64,000 nucleotides of DNA from positions 520,961-584,960 of the forward strand of contig JASGJN010000026.1 of the NCBI GenBank assembly GCA_049840735.1, given 5' to 3'. The number at the start of each line of letters is the position of its first letter. Positions within the stretch are counted from its first letter, which is position 1. The DNA comes from Anaeromyxobacter sp. Its GTDB lineage: Bacteria; Myxococcota; Myxococcia; Myxococcales; Anaeromyxobacteraceae. A model generated the notes under the pieces. The model saw only the letters and a list, made by a program, of their open reading frames with translations. It did no database searches and was not told the DNA's origin. The position numbers were made by a program, and so were the translations under genes. This document shows positions 37,622-48,158 of the stretch, piece after piece.

Positions 37622-40600
37622 TTGAAGAAGAACGGTCGAGGCAGCAGCCGTGCCCCGGGCACGGGGACGGTGAAGCGGAAGGCCAAGGCGCGCAAGCCAT
37701 CCCCCGCGCCGGCCCTGCGCCGGGCGGAGAGACCGGGCCGCTCCCGCTCCCAGCCGGCACCACATCAGGACCCGGAGCTCGCCTCCAGGCCGGCCATGCC
37801 CGGCCCGCAAGATGGCCCCACGCCGGAGCCCCGCCCGTCCGCTCCGGCAGCCGGTACCCTGTCGGTGGTGGGGATCGGCGCCTCGGCCGGCGGCCTGGAG
37901 GCGCTGGAGCAGTTCCTGTCCAACGCCCCGGCCGGGAGCGGCCTGGCCTACGTGGTGGTGCAGCACCTGGATCCGCAGGACCGCGGAGGGATGGTGCCGC
38001 TGCTCCAGCGCGTGACGCAGATGCCCGTCGAGCAGGCGCGCGACGGCCAGCGGGTGGCGCCCGACCACGTCTACGTCATCCCGCCGAACGAGGAGCTCTC
38101 CATCCTCCATGGCGTGCTCCACCTCCTGCCGCGGCGAGCCGTCGGCGTGCACCTCCCGGTGGACCACTTCTTCCGGACGCTGGCCGAGGACCGCCTGGAT
38201 CGCTCCCTGGGCGTGATCCTCTCCGGCATGGGGACCGACGGCACGCTCGGCCTGCGCGCCATCAAGGAGAAGGGCGGCGCCACGTTCGTGCAGGCGCTGG
38301 CCTCCGCCAAGTTCGACGGGATGCCCCGGAGCGCGGTCGAGGCCGGCCTGGCGGACGTGGTGGCGGACGCCCGCGAGCTGCCCGCCCGCATCCTGGCCTT
38401 CGTCCGTCACGCGACCCATGCCCTGCCCGAGGTGGCCGTGGCCGAGGAGCGGCAGCTGAGCGCGCTGGCCAAGGTGTTCATCCTGCTGCGCACCCAGACC
38501 GGCAACGACTTCTCGGTCTACAAGCGGAGCACCGTCATCCGCCGCATCGAGCGGCGCATGGGCATCCACCAGATCGACAAGCTCTCGAGCTACGTCCGCT
38601 TCCTGCGCGAGAACCCGAAGGAGATCGAGCTGCTCTTCCAGGAGCTGCTCATCGGGGTGACCAGCTTCTTCCGCGACCCGCCGGCCTGGGACCACCTGCG
38701 CGCGCAGGTGATCCCGGCGCTCCTGGCCTCCCGGCCGGCCGGCACGCTCCGGGCCTGGGTCCCCGGCTGCTCCACCGGCGAGGAGGCCTACTCGCTGGCC
38801 ATCGCCCTGCGCGAGGCGCTGGACCAGCGCGAGGGCGGCCTCAGCCTGAGCATCCAGATCTTCGCCACCGACCTCGACGCCGAGGCCATCGAGAAGGCGC
38901 GGGCCGGGATCTACCCGGCCAACATCGCCGCCGACGTCTCGCCGGAGCGGCTGCGCCGCTTCTTCGTGCAGGACGACCGCGGCTTCCGCGTCAGCAAGGA
39001 GATCCGCGAGCTGGTGGTGTTCGCGCCGCAGAACATCACCATGGACCCGCCCTTCACCCGGCTCGACATCCTCTCCTGCCGCAACCTGCTCATCTACCTC
39101 TCGGCCGAGGTGCAGAAGAAGCTCATCCCGCTCTTCCACTACGCGCTCAACCCGGGCGGCGTGCTCTTCCTGGGCAGCGCCGAGACGGTGGGGGCGTTCG
39201 GGGCGCACTTCCGGCCGCTGGACGGCAAGACCCGCATCTACGAGCGGCTGGAGCTGGCCGGCGCGCAGGCGCCGGTGGAGTTCTTCTCGCGCTACGCCGC
39301 CCCGGCGCTCGGGCCGGGCGCAGAGCAGGAGGGAGACGCAGCGCCCGTGCGCGGGCCTGCGCCCAACCTGCAGGCCCTGGCCGACCGGCTGATCCTGCAG
39401 CGCTACGCCCCCTCCGCCGTGCTCACCACCGAGAAGGGCGACATCGTCTACATCAGCGGCCGCACCGGGAAGTACCTGGAGCCGGCGGCTGGGCGCGCCA
39501 ACCTGAACATCTTCGCCATGGCGCGCGAGGGGCTCCGCTACGAGCTGCAGGCGGCGTTCGCCGCCGCGCTGCGCGACGACCACGCGGTGCAGGTGCGGGG
39601 CGTCCGCGTGGGCAACAACGGCGGCGCGCAGCTGGTGGATCTCACGGTGCAGCGGCTGACCGCGCCGCGCGAGCTGGCCAGCACGGTGATGGTGGTGCTG
39701 GCGGACGCGCCGGCCGCCGAGGCGCAGGCGCGCGCCCCGCACCGGCTCAAGGCCAACGCCCGGGCCGCCGAGCTGGCCGCCGAGCTGCAGCGGACGCAGG
39801 ACGAGCTGCAGTCCACCCGCGAGGAGATGCAGACCTCGCAGGAGGAGCTCAAGTCGATGAACGAGGAGCTCCAGTCCACCAACGAGGAGCTCCAGTCCAC
39901 CAACGAGGAGCTGACCACCTCGAAGGAGGAGATGCAGTCGATGAACGAGGAGCTGCAGACCGTGAACCACGAGCTGCAGGCCAAGGTGGACGAGCTGTCG
40001 CGGTCGAACAACGACATGAAGAACCTGTTCAACAGCACCGACATCGCCACCCTCTTCCTGGACGGCGAGCTGCTGGTCCGCCGCTTCACCATCCAGACGT
40101 CCAAGCTCATCAAGCTCATCCCCGGCGACACCGGCCGCCCCATCACCGACATCGCCACCGAGCTGGACTACCCGGACCTGGCGGAGGATGCGCGCGAGGT
40201 GCTGCGCACGCTGGTGTTCAAGGAGAAGCAGGTCTCCTCCCGCTCCGGCCGCTGGTTCGTGGTCCGCATCCTGCCGTACCGGACGCTGGAGAACGTCATC
40301 GACGGCGTGGTGATCACCTTCACCGACGTGACCGCCACCAAGCTCCTGGAGGCGAAGCTCCGGGACCAGGCCAGCGAGCTGCGCCAGATGACCGACTCGC
40401 TCCCGGCGCTGGTCTGGGGCTGCCGGACCGACGGGGCCTGCGACTTCCTCAGCCGCCAGTGGCTCGAGTACACCGGGGCCTCGGAGTCCGAGCACCTGGG
40501 CTACGGCTGGCTCGATCAGGTGCACCCTGAGGACCGCGACCGCGTCCGGGAGGCCTGGCGGACCGCCGTCCGGTCGGGTGCTCCATTCGACACCGAGGAG

Positions 40601-40780
40601 CGGATCCTCGGCCGCAATGGGGCCCACCGCTGGTTCAAGACCCGCTCCATCCCCATTCGCGATGAGCAGGGTGCGATCGCGAAGTGGTACGGAACACACA
40701 CGGATGTCGATGACCTCAAGCGTGCGGCGGATCGCGCCGGCTTCCCGACGAAGGGGGAAGCCGGAGGGCCGACCGCCTGA
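37622..40780 (+). CDS. CheB-CheR fusion with coiled coil and PAS domains (start uncertain)
   Basis: GASAGG, VQHL, GMGTDG; GCSTGEEAYS, CRNLLIY; NEELQSTNEEL; PAS VHPED. Confidence 0.93.
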   Translation: MKKNGRGSSRAPGTGTVKRKAKARKPSPAPALRRAERPGRSRSQPAPHQDPELASRPAMPGPQDGPTPEPRPSAPAAGTLSVVGIGASAGGLEALEQFLSNAPAGSGLAYVVVQHLDPQDRGGMVPLLQRVTQMPVEQARDGQRVAPDHVYVIPPNEELSILHGVLHLLPRRAVGVHLPVDHFFRTLAEDRLDRSLGVILSGMGTDGTLGLRAIKEKGGATFVQALASAKFDGMPRSAVEAGLADVVADARELPARILAFVRHATHALPEVAVAEERQLSALAKVFILLRTQTGNDFSVYKRSTVIRRIERRMGIHQIDKLSSYVRFLRENPKEIELLFQELLIGVTSFFRDPPAWDHLRAQVIPALLASRPAGTLRAWVPGCSTGEEAYSLAIALREALDQREGGLSLSIQIFATDLDAEAIEKARAGIYPANIAADVSPERLRRFFVQDDRGFRVSKEIRELVVFAPQNITMDPPFTRLDILSCRNLLIYLSAEVQKKLIPLFHYALNPGGVLFLGSAETVGAFGAHFRPLDGKTRIYERLELAGAQAPVEFFSRYAAPALGPGAEQEGDAAPVRGPAPNLQALADRLILQRYAPSAVLTTEKGDIVYISGRTGKYLEPAAGRANLNIFAMAREGLRYELQAAFAAALRDDHAVQVRGVRVGNNGGAQLVDLTVQRLTAPRELASTVMVVLADAPAAEAQARAPHRLKANARAAELAAELQRTQDELQSTREEMQTSQEELKSMNEELQSTNEELQSTNEELTTSKEEMQSMNEELQTVNHELQAKVDELSRSNNDMKNLFNSTDIATLFLDGELLVRRFTIQTSKLIKLIPGDTGRPITDIATELDYPDLAEDAREVLRTLVFKEKQVSSRSGRWFVVRILPYRTLENVIDGVVITFTDVTATKLLEAKLRDQASELRQMTDSLPALVWGCRTDGACDFLSRQWLEYTGASESEHLGYGWLDQVHPEDRDRVREAWRTAVRSGAPFDTEERILGRNGAHRWFKTRSIPIRDEQGAIAKWYGTHTDVDDLKRAADRAGFPTKGEAGGPTA

Positions 40781-40792
40781 GAAGGAGGTCAT

Positions 40793-42502
40793 GTGAAGCG
40801 GCGGGGAGGCAAGCCAGCGCAGCTCAGGGCGCGGGCCGAGCGGCAGCTGGCGGAGGCCCCCGCTTCGCCCCGCCCCGTCGGCGGCAGCGGCGAGGACCTG
40901 CACCGGCTGCTTCACGAGCTGCAGGTGCACCAGGTCGAGCTCGAGCTGCAGAACGAGGAGCTGGTAGGCTCCAGGACGGAGATCGAGGAGCTGCTGCGCC
41001 GCTACACCGAGCTCTTCGACCACGCGCCCATCGGCTACCTGCACGTGGACGCAGTGGGGCGGATCACCCGCGCCAACTTCTCCGCCGCCCGGCTGCTGGA
41101 CGCGCCTCGCGGCCTGCTGGTCGGGCGCAGCGTGGCCTCCTTCGTGGCCGAGCGGGACCAGCGCAGGCTCCAGGCCTTCCTCGCGGGGCTGCTGACCAGG
41201 AGCGAGGAGGAGGTGCCGGCCGCCACCGGCGAGTTCGCGCTCAACCGGACCACCGGCGGCGCGCTCGACGTGCAGCTCACCGGCGCCCTGCTGGCGGGAC
41301 CTGTGCCCTCCGCGCTGCTGGCCGCCGAGGACGTGACCGCGCGCCGCCGGGCCGAGCGGCAGCTGGCGGCCGAGGCGGAGCGCAAGGATCAGTTCCTGGC
41401 CGCGCTCTCCCACGAGCTGCGCAACCCGCTCGCGCCCATCCGCAACGCCCTCCCGCTGCTCCGGCGCATGGTGCCGGACAGCCCCCCGGCCGAGCGCTGC
41501 CTGACGGTGATCGACCGGCAGGTCACGCACCTCACGCGCATGGTGGAGGACCTGCTGGACGTGACCCGCATCGCCCGCGGCCGGGTCGAGCTGCGGCGGG
41601 AGCGGGTGGACCTGGGGTCCCAGGTCGCGCGCACGGTCGAGGATCACCGGGCCACCTTCGACGCGGCCGGCGTGGAGCTGGCGTGCGATCTTTCCAAGGG
41701 ACCATGCTGGGTGGACGCCGACCCCGCGCGCCTGGCGCAGGTGCTGGGCAACCTGCTGGGCAACGCGGTCAAGTTCACCGGGCGCGGCGGGCGGGTGGAC
41801 GTGCGGGTGGATCGCGCGGGCGGCCGCGCGATGCTGCGGGTCCTCGACGACGGCGTGGGGATCCCTCAGGACGTGATCGGGCACGTCTTCGAGCCGTTCA
41901 CCCAGGCGCCGCAGACGCTGGAGCGGACCCGCGGCGGGCTGGGGCTCGGGCTGGCCATGGTGAAGGGGCTGGTGGAGCTGCACGGCGGCACCGTCGAGGT
42001 GCGAAGCGCGGGCGCGGGGAGCGGCGCCGAGTTCGTGGTGAAGCTGCCGCTGGCGCAGGGCGGGCCCGCTGCGCGGACGGCGCACGGGCCGGTGACGCTG
42101 GGGCCGCCGCGCCGGGTGCTGATCATCGACGACAACGAGGACGCGGCGACCACGCTGCAGGATCTCCTGACGCTGGCCGGCCACGAGGTGCGGACCGCGC
42201 TCGACGGGCCGGCGGGCCTGCAGGAGGCCGGCCGGTTCTACCCCGAGCTGGTCATCTGCGACATCGGCCTGCCCACGCTGGACGGCTACGGGGTGGCCCG
42301 CGCCCTGCGGTCCGGCGAGGCCTGCCCGGGCGCCTGGCTGGTGGCCATGAGCGGCTACGCCACGCGCGAGGACGCGGAGCGCTCCCGCCAGGCGGGGTTC
42401 GATCGCCACGTGGCCAAGCCGGCCTCGGTGGAGCGGCTGGAGGCCATCTTCGCGGAGGCGCCGTCCCAGCCGCGCGACTCCGGGGGCCCGGCGCAGCCCT
42501 GA
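40793..42502 (+). CDS. PAS hybrid histidine kinase-response regulator
   Basis: LHELQVHQVELELQNEEL, SHELRNPL, GLGLGL, CDIGLP. Confidence 0.93.
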   Translation: MKRRGGKPAQLRARAERQLAEAPASPRPVGGSGEDLHRLLHELQVHQVELELQNEELVGSRTEIEELLRRYTELFDHAPIGYLHVDAVGRITRANFSAARLLDAPRGLLVGRSVASFVAERDQRRLQAFLAGLLTRSEEEVPAATGEFALNRTTGGALDVQLTGALLAGPVPSALLAAEDVTARRRAERQLAAEAERKDQFLAALSHELRNPLAPIRNALPLLRRMVPDSPPAERCLTVIDRQVTHLTRMVEDLLDVTRIARGRVELRRERVDLGSQVARTVEDHRATFDAAGVELACDLSKGPCWVDADPARLAQVLGNLLGNAVKFTGRGGRVDVRVDRAGGRAMLRVLDDGVGIPQDVIGHVFEPFTQAPQTLERTRGGLGLGLAMVKGLVELHGGTVEVRSAGAGSGAEFVVKLPLAQGGPAARTAHGPVTLGPPRRVLIIDDNEDAATTLQDLLTLAGHEVRTALDGPAGLQEAGRFYPELVICDIGLPTLDGYGVARALRSGEACPGAWLVAMSGYATREDAERSRQAGFDRHVAKPASVERLEAIFAEAPSQPRDSGGPAQP

Positions 42503-43498
42503 TCACGCCGGCGTGCCGGGGCTGGCCTCCTCCTCTCCGGGCTCGCCGGCCTCGTCCACCCGCTCCCCCCCGCGCAGCAAGAGCCCGCGGAGCAGATCGG
42601 CCTGGCGGAGCAGGTCCTGCTCCTTCTGCTCGAACCGGTCCACCAGCCCAGGGTTCGGCTGGTGGCGGGCCAGCCGCCGGCTCAGCGCCGCGCTCTCCTC
42701 CAGCGCGCGCACCGAGGCCCAGAGCGCGCGCTCCACGTCCTCGCTCTGCTCGTGGACCAGGTTCTCCAGCGAGAAGGCGTGGCCCACGTGGCAGCGGAAG
42801 CTCCGGTGCTGCCCGACGTTCGCCTCGGTGAGCACGCCGTGGCAGGACGGGCAGACGAACTCCGCCGGGGCGCCGCGCCGGAGCCCCTCCATGGCCTCGA
42901 GCCCGGGCGCGGCGGCGACGTCCGAGGTGGCCGGCTCGGCGACCAGGCGCGTCAGCAGGCCCGGCAGCTCGGCCGGCGCCACCACGTGGTCCGCGCCAAC
43001 GCGCTGGAGGACGTGGCGCGGCATCTCGGGCACCGTCGCGGTGTCCGGGTCCTGCACCACCGCCACGCCGCCGCGGGCCCGCACCGACATCATCCCGGCG
43101 GTGCCGCAGTCCTGGTAGCCGGACAGCACCACGCCCACCACGCGAGCGCCGAAGGCCCAGGAAGCCGTGCGGAAGAGCGGATCCACCGCCGGCCGGTGGC
43201 CGTTCTCGCGGGGGCCGCGCACCACGTCGATGCGGTCCGGGCGCAGCAGCAGGTGGTTGTCCGGCGGCGCAACGTAGATGCGCCCGGGGACCAGCCGGTC
43301 GCCGTGCTGAGGGTGGACCGCCTCGAGCGACCCCCTGCGGCTGATCAGCTCGGGGAGCGTGCTGGCGTAGCCCGGCGCGGTGTGGATGACGACGAAGATC
43401 GCGGCCGGAATGCTGGGCGGGAGCTCCGCGGCCAGGTCCAGCAGCAGCTCGACTCCGCCGGCGGAGGCCCCGATCACCACCACGTCTCGCCTGGACAT
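42503..43498 (-). CDS. Stand-alone CheB-family methylesterase with C-terminal Cys/His domain
   Basis: GASAGG, VIHT, HRPAVDPLF; CPSCHG...FRCHVGH. Confidence 0.88.
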   Translation of the reverse strand: MSRRDVVVIGASAGGVELLLDLAAELPPSIPAAIFVVIHTAPGYASTLPELISRRGSLEAVHPQHGDRLVPGRIYVAPPDNHLLLRPDRIDVVRGPRENGHRPAVDPLFRTASWAFGARVVGVVLSGYQDCGTAGMMSVRARGGVAVVQDPDTATVPEMPRHVLQRVGADHVVAPAELPGLLTRLVAEPATSDVAAAPGLEAMEGLRRGAPAEFVCPSCHGVLTEANVGQHRSFRCHVGHAFSLENLVHEQSEDVERALWASVRALEESAALSRRLARHQPNPGLVDRFEQKEQDLLRQADLLRGLLLRGGERVDEAGEPGEEEASPGTPA

Positions 43499-43630
43499 GG
43501 TGAAAGGTGGGGCCGGGCGACCTGGCCCGCCCGCCCGCCCGGCCGCCGGCATGCGGAGCCCTCCAGCGAGGAGGCCCGCCGGCGTGGACCGGCGGGCCTC
43601 GGTGGACTGGACTGCGGAAGCGGACGGGCG

Positions 43631-44815
43631 CTACTTCGCCGTGTAAGGCCGCCGGTTCAGCTTGAGCTTCCAGATCCGGAAGTTCGGCACCGGCGGGTCG
43701 TCGAAGTCCATGGCGCCGTCCACCCAGAGGTGCAGGTGGTTGGAGGCCACGTAGAGCGAGCCGTCCGGCCCCCAGGAGAGCGTGTCGGGCCAGGACATCT
43801 CGGGGTGGATGAAGAGCGTGCGGACCTGGCCGGTCTTCGCGTCGCGCGTCTGCAGGCCGTTGAGCATCAGCGCGGTGGCGATCACGTTGCCGTCGCGGTC
43901 GGCGGTCATGCCGTCGGTGTTGGACAGCAGGGTGGTGACCTTCGTCACCGCCATTCGCAGGTCGGCCTCGCTGGCCTTCGGGTCGCGCAGGAGCGCGGTC
44001 GGGAGCGAGTAGAGGACGTTGCCAGTGAGGGTGGTCCAGTAGAGGGTCTTCTTGTCACCGGAGAGCGCGATGCCGTCGGCGCCGGTGCGCATGGCGTTCT
44101 TCTCCAGCACCGGACGGTTGTCGATGCGGAAGACGAAGCCGGCCTGGTCGTTGGTGAAGACGGTGCGGTCGAGGATGCGGCGGGCCTTGTTGGCCTTGCT
44201 GTCGTAGACGATCAGGCCGCCGTCGAGCGGGTCGCAGAAGATGCCGGAGTCGGCGATGTAGGCGAAGCCGGTGTCGTTGTCGACCGCGACGTCGTTCAGG
44301 AACGAGCACTTCTTGTCGGAGTCCTTGTCGGTGAAGACGTAGCGCTGGAGCTCCTTGTTGGCCTTGAGGTCCCAGAGGATCAGCTTCTCGGCGCCGGGCT
44401 TGGAGGGCGCGCCGGCCACGTGGCCCTGGTCCAGGATCCACATCACGTCGTTGCGGTCGATCTCGAAGCCCAGCACCGCCTGGAGCGCCTCGGGGTTGTT
44501 CGGGTCGTTCATGGCCAGGCTGGGGAACGGCTGCAGCAGCTTCTTGCCGTTCTTCTCCACCACCTTGGAGAGCGTGGCCGGGACCTCGGGGCCGCCCCAC
44601 CGCGCGGTGGAGACGTAGACGTTGCCCTTCGAGTCCACCTTCACGCCCTGCATCAGGGCCTTCTTGTAGGCCTGCCCCTCCGCCGACGGCACGTCGTACG
44701 GGAGCGAGTTCCACTCTGCGACGATCTCGTACTCCACGTTTCCGGCGGTGGCCGCGCGCGAGGGTGACGGCGCGGCCAGGGCGAGCAGGGCGGCGAGCAG
44801 CACGAAGCGGTTCAT
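43631..44815 (-). CDS. Major royal jelly/yellow family secreted beta-propeller protein
   Basis: Signal peptide; WILDQG, FLNDVAVD, AYIADSG, DGIALS, WPDT. Confidence 0.85.
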   Translation of the reverse strand: MNRFVLLAALLALAAPSPSRAATAGNVEYEIVAEWNSLPYDVPSAEGQAYKKALMQGVKVDSKGNVYVSTARWGGPEVPATLSKVVEKNGKKLLQPFPSLAMNDPNNPEALQAVLGFEIDRNDVMWILDQGHVAGAPSKPGAEKLILWDLKANKELQRYVFTDKDSDKKCSFLNDVAVDNDTGFAYIADSGIFCDPLDGGLIVYDSKANKARRILDRTVFTNDQAGFVFRIDNRPVLEKNAMRTGADGIALSGDKKTLYWTTLTGNVLYSLPTALLRDPKASEADLRMAVTKVTTLLSNTDGMTADRDGNVIATALMLNGLQTRDAKTGQVRTLFIHPEMSWPDTLSWGPDGSLYVASNHLHLWVDGAMDFDDPPVPNFRIWKLKLNRRPYTAK

Positions 44816-44860
44816 GGACGACCTCCTGGGGTCAGACGGCACGGGCGACGGTGCGACGGG

Positions 44861-45790
44861 TCACGGCGACTGCGAGAGCGCGGCTTCGACCTCGGCGCGG
44901 CGCGGGATGGGCGCCACCGCGCCGTGGCCGAGGGTGGAGAGGGCGGCGGCGCAGTTGGCCCACGCGGCCGCGGCGAAGGGATCGGCGCCGCGCGCCAGCT
45001 GCGCGAGGAAGGCGCCGTCGAAGGTGTCCCCGGCACCGGTGGCGTCCACCGCCTGCACCGGCCGGCCGGGGATGCGGCGGCGCTCGGCGGCGGACGCCAC
45101 CCAGGCGCCGGCCGCGCCGCACTTCAGCACCACCAGCGGCGCCCCCAGCCCGAGGTAGAAGGAGAGGATCCGCTCCGGGTCCTCGAGCCCGGTCAGCGCG
45201 GCGGCGTCCTCCAGCGAGGGCAGGAGCACGTCGCAGAGCGGCACGGTGGCGTGGACCACGGCGCGGGCCCGCTCCAGCGGCCAGAGCTTGAGCCTGAGGT
45301 TGGTGTCGTAGGAGACGCGGGTGCCGGCGGCGCGGGCCTGGCGCGCGGCGGCGAAGACGGCGTCGCAGGCGCTGGCGCTGATGGCCTGGCTGATCCCGGA
45401 GACGTGCAGCCAGCGCGCGCCGGCCAGGTCCGCCGGGACGTCGGCCGGGGACAGGCGGCTGGCCGCCGAACCGGCCCGCAGGTAGCTGAAGGCGTGGCCG
45501 GCCGGGCCGTGCGTGACGAAGTAGACGCCGGTGTGGGCGGCCGGGTCCCGCTTCACCAGCGCCGTGTCCACGCCCTCGCGCCGCCACAGCTCCAGCAGCA
45601 GCTCGCCGAAGGGATCCTGGCCCACCGCGCTCAGGTAGCCCGCCCGCGCCCCCTGGCGGGCGGCGGCGATGGCCACGTTGGAGGTGTCGCCGCCGAAGCC
45701 CTGCAGGTAGACGGGCGGCTCGCCGGCCTTCGACGGGAGCTGGTTCAGCTCCACCATGGCCTCGCCGAGGCAGAGGACGTCGAGCTCCAT
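44861..45790 (-). CDS. kdgK: PfkB sugar kinase, 2-keto-3-deoxygluconate kinase-like
   Basis: GGDTSNVA, YDTNLRLKLW, DATGAGDTF. Confidence 0.85.
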   Translation of the reverse strand: MELDVLCLGEAMVELNQLPSKAGEPPVYLQGFGGDTSNVAIAAARQGARAGYLSAVGQDPFGELLLELWRREGVDTALVKRDPAAHTGVYFVTHGPAGHAFSYLRAGSAASRLSPADVPADLAGARWLHVSGISQAISASACDAVFAAARQARAAGTRVSYDTNLRLKLWPLERARAVVHATVPLCDVLLPSLEDAAALTGLEDPERILSFYLGLGAPLVVLKCGAAGAWVASAAERRRIPGRPVQAVDATGAGDTFDGAFLAQLARGADPFAAAAWANCAAALSTLGHGAVAPIPRRAEVEAALSQSP

Positions 45791-45797
45791 GGGGCCC

Positions 45798-46448
45798 TCA
45801 AATCCGGTTGTAGCGGGCCAGCCCCTGGCGGAGGGACTTGGCCTCGATGATGAGCCTGGCCTGCTCCAGCTCGCGCTTGTCGATCTCCTGGGCCATGGCC
45901 AGCACCGCCTCGGCGTGGGCCCGCGGCACGATCACCGCGCCGTCCACGTCGGCCACCACCAGGTCGCCGGGGTGGACCAGCACCGGGCCGATGGGCACCG
46001 GCACGTTGGCGGCCAGCGTCTTGAAGCGGCCCAGCGTGGTGGCCGGGCAGACCGCGCGCGCGTAGACCGGGAAGTCGTAGTCGCGCCGGATCTCGGCGAT
46101 GTCGCGGACCGCGCCGTCCAGGATGGCCCCGGCGTGGCCGTTGGCCACCGCGCCGGCGGTCATGAGGCCGCCCCACACCGCCACGTCCTTCACGCCGCCG
46201 ATGGAGATGACCAGCACGCTGCCGGCCGGCGACTCGTCGATCAGGTCGAGCGCGTGGGTGGGCGGCAGGAGCTCGTCGGTGGGTCCCTCCAGCACGGTCA
46301 CGGCCGGCCCCACCACCTTCTTCTCGTTGATGCGCGGCCGGATCTCGTGGTCGAGGAAGCCGCGGCGGCCGGCGACCTTGTCGACGGCGTCGGAGACCGA
46401 GGCGGTGGCCACCTCGCGGAATCCGGCGATGAGCGCTTCGAGGGTCAT
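45798..46448 (-). CDS. RraA/HMG aldolase family protein
   Basis: SVSDA, WGGLM, DGAVRD, PGDLVVADVDG. Confidence 0.85.
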   Translation of the reverse strand: MTLEALIAGFREVATASVSDAVDKVAGRRGFLDHEIRPRINEKKVVGPAVTVLEGPTDELLPPTHALDLIDESPAGSVLVISIGGVKDVAVWGGLMTAGAVANGHAGAILDGAVRDIAEIRRDYDFPVYARAVCPATTLGRFKTLAANVPVPIGPVLVHPGDLVVADVDGAVIVPRAHAEAVLAMAQEIDKRELEQARLIIEAKSLRQGLARYNRI

Positions 46449-46480
46449 GGCGATGCGTCCTTCCTTGCGGCGAGGGTGGG

Positions 46481-47155
46481 TCAGTCGTCGAGGGCCGGGG
46501 GCGGCTGGGCCGAGCGGGCCCGGTCGCGGGCCTCCAGCAGCGCGCGGGCCACCGCGGTCACGGCGGCGTGGTGCCCCTTGCGGATGGCGGGCTCGTTCAC
46601 CAGCTCGCCGCCCACGCCGGCGAAGGCGGCGCCGGCGGCCAGGTAGGCGCCCACCGTGTCCGGGCCGATCCCCCCGGTGGGCGCCAGCGGCACGCCGGGG
46701 AAGACCGAGCGGAGCGCGCGGATGTGGCCCGGCCCGCCCATGCTGGAGGCGGGGAAGACCTTGACCGCGTCGGCGCCGGCGCGCGAGGCGGCCAGCACCT
46801 CGGTGGGCGTGAGCGCGCCCAGCACGCAGGCGACGTCGGCAGCCCGGCAGGCCTCGGCCACCTCCGGCGCCAGGCAGGGCGAGACCACGTAGGCCGCGCC
46901 GGCCGCCACGCAGCTGCGCGCCGCGCCCGCGTCGAGCACGGTGCCGGCGCCGACCAGCAGCCCAGGGCGCTTCGCCAGCTGCTCGATCAGCCCCAGGGCG
47001 CCGGGGATGGTGAGGGTGATCTCGAAGGTCGAGAACCCCGCCTCCACCAGCCAGTCCACCGCGGTGGCGGCCACGGCCGCCTCGGTGGTGCGGATCACCG
47101 GCACCACCCCGTGGCGCACCAGCTCGGCCAGCACCTGGGGGGCGCGGGCGGTCAC
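46481..47155 (-). CDS. eda: KDPG/KHG aldolase
   Basis: EITL, GAGTV, TPTE, KVFPA, PTGG. Confidence 0.88.
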   Translation of the reverse strand: MTARAPQVLAELVRHGVVPVIRTTEAAVAATAVDWLVEAGFSTFEITLTIPGALGLIEQLAKRPGLLVGAGTVLDAGAARSCVAAGAAYVVSPCLAPEVAEACRAADVACVLGALTPTEVLAASRAGADAVKVFPASSMGGPGHIRALRSVFPGVPLAPTGGIGPDTVGAYLAAGAAFAGVGGELVNEPAIRKGHHAAVTAVARALLEARDRARSAQPPPALDD

Positions 47156-48135
47156 GGGGCGGCCCCCGGCCAGCGGTTCACCCAGCTCCTGGGCAGCTCG
47201 CCGCGCAGCACGCGGGCCACCTCCTCCGCGGCCTTGCGCTGCAGGTCCACCACCGAGCCCTCCGAGTACCAGGCGGTGTGGTCGGTGAGCACGGCGTTGT
47301 CGAGCGCGAAGAGCGGGTTGTCGCGCGCCGGCGGCTCCTGCTCGTACACGTCCAGCCCGGCGCCGAAGAGCCGCCGCTCGCGCAGCGCGGCCACCAGGGC
47401 GGCCTCGTCCACGAGCCCGCCGCGCGAGGTGTTGACCAGGACGGCGGTGGGCTTCATGCGCGCCAGCTGCGGCGCGCCCAGCAGGTGGCGGGTGGCGGGG
47501 AGGAGCGGGGCGTGGAGCGAGACCACGTCCGCCTCCGCCAGCAGCTGGTCGAGCGGGACCAGCGCGGTCCCCTCCGGCGGGGCGGTGAGCACCGGGTCGT
47601 GCACCAGCACGCGGGCGAAGCCGAGCGCGGCGGCCTTGTGGTGGAAGGCCTGCCCGATGCGGCCGTAGCCCACCAGCCCAAGCACCTGGCCGCGCAGCCG
47701 GTACATGGGCTCGGCGCGGGCCACGTTCCAGGCGCCCTGGCGGGTGGCGCGGTCGCGGCTGGGGATGCGGCGCGCCACCGCCAGCAGGAGCGCCAGGGCG
47801 TGGTCGGAGACGTCGTCCACGCCGTAGTCCGGCACGTTGGCCACGTAGATGCGCCGGGCGGCGGCGGCGGCGCGGTCGATGTTGTCCACGCCCACGCCGC
47901 TGCGGACGATCACCTTGAAGTTCGCGCCCACGCCGGCGATGGCGGCCGCGTCGATGGGGCTCTCGCGGACGATGGCGGCGTCGGCGCCGGCCATGGCCCG
48001 CCCCACCGCGGCGGCGTCGCCGCGGCAGTAGCTGGGCACCACCTCGGCGCCCACCTCGGCCAGGATGGCCTGCTCGATGTCGTGGCTGCCGTACCCCTCG
48101 TCCAGCACCACCACCCGCCGCGTGCACGTGGTCAT
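47152..48135 (-). CDS. D-isomer-specific 2-hydroxyacid dehydrogenase
   Basis: GVGVDNID, GYGRIG, VNTSRG, GLDVYEQEP, HTAWYSE. Confidence 0.9.
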   Translation of the reverse strand: MTTCTRRVVVLDEGYGSHDIEQAILAEVGAEVVPSYCRGDAAAVGRAMAGADAAIVRESPIDAAAIAGVGANFKVIVRSGVGVDNIDRAAAAARRIYVANVPDYGVDDVSDHALALLLAVARRIPSRDRATRQGAWNVARAEPMYRLRGQVLGLVGYGRIGQAFHHKAAALGFARVLVHDPVLTAPPEGTALVPLDQLLAEADVVSLHAPLLPATRHLLGAPQLARMKPTAVLVNTSRGGLVDEAALVAALRERRLFGAGLDVYEQEPPARDNPLFALDNAVLTDHTAWYSEGSVVDLQRKAAEEVARVLRGELPRSWVNRWPGAAP

Positions 48136-48158
48136 GGCGTCCTCGCTCGGTCCTGGGC

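Noticed and set aside
39835..39975. Repeated AACGAGGAGCTCCAGTCCACC
   Set aside because: Encodes the normal NEELQST coiled coil of CheB-CheR fusions.
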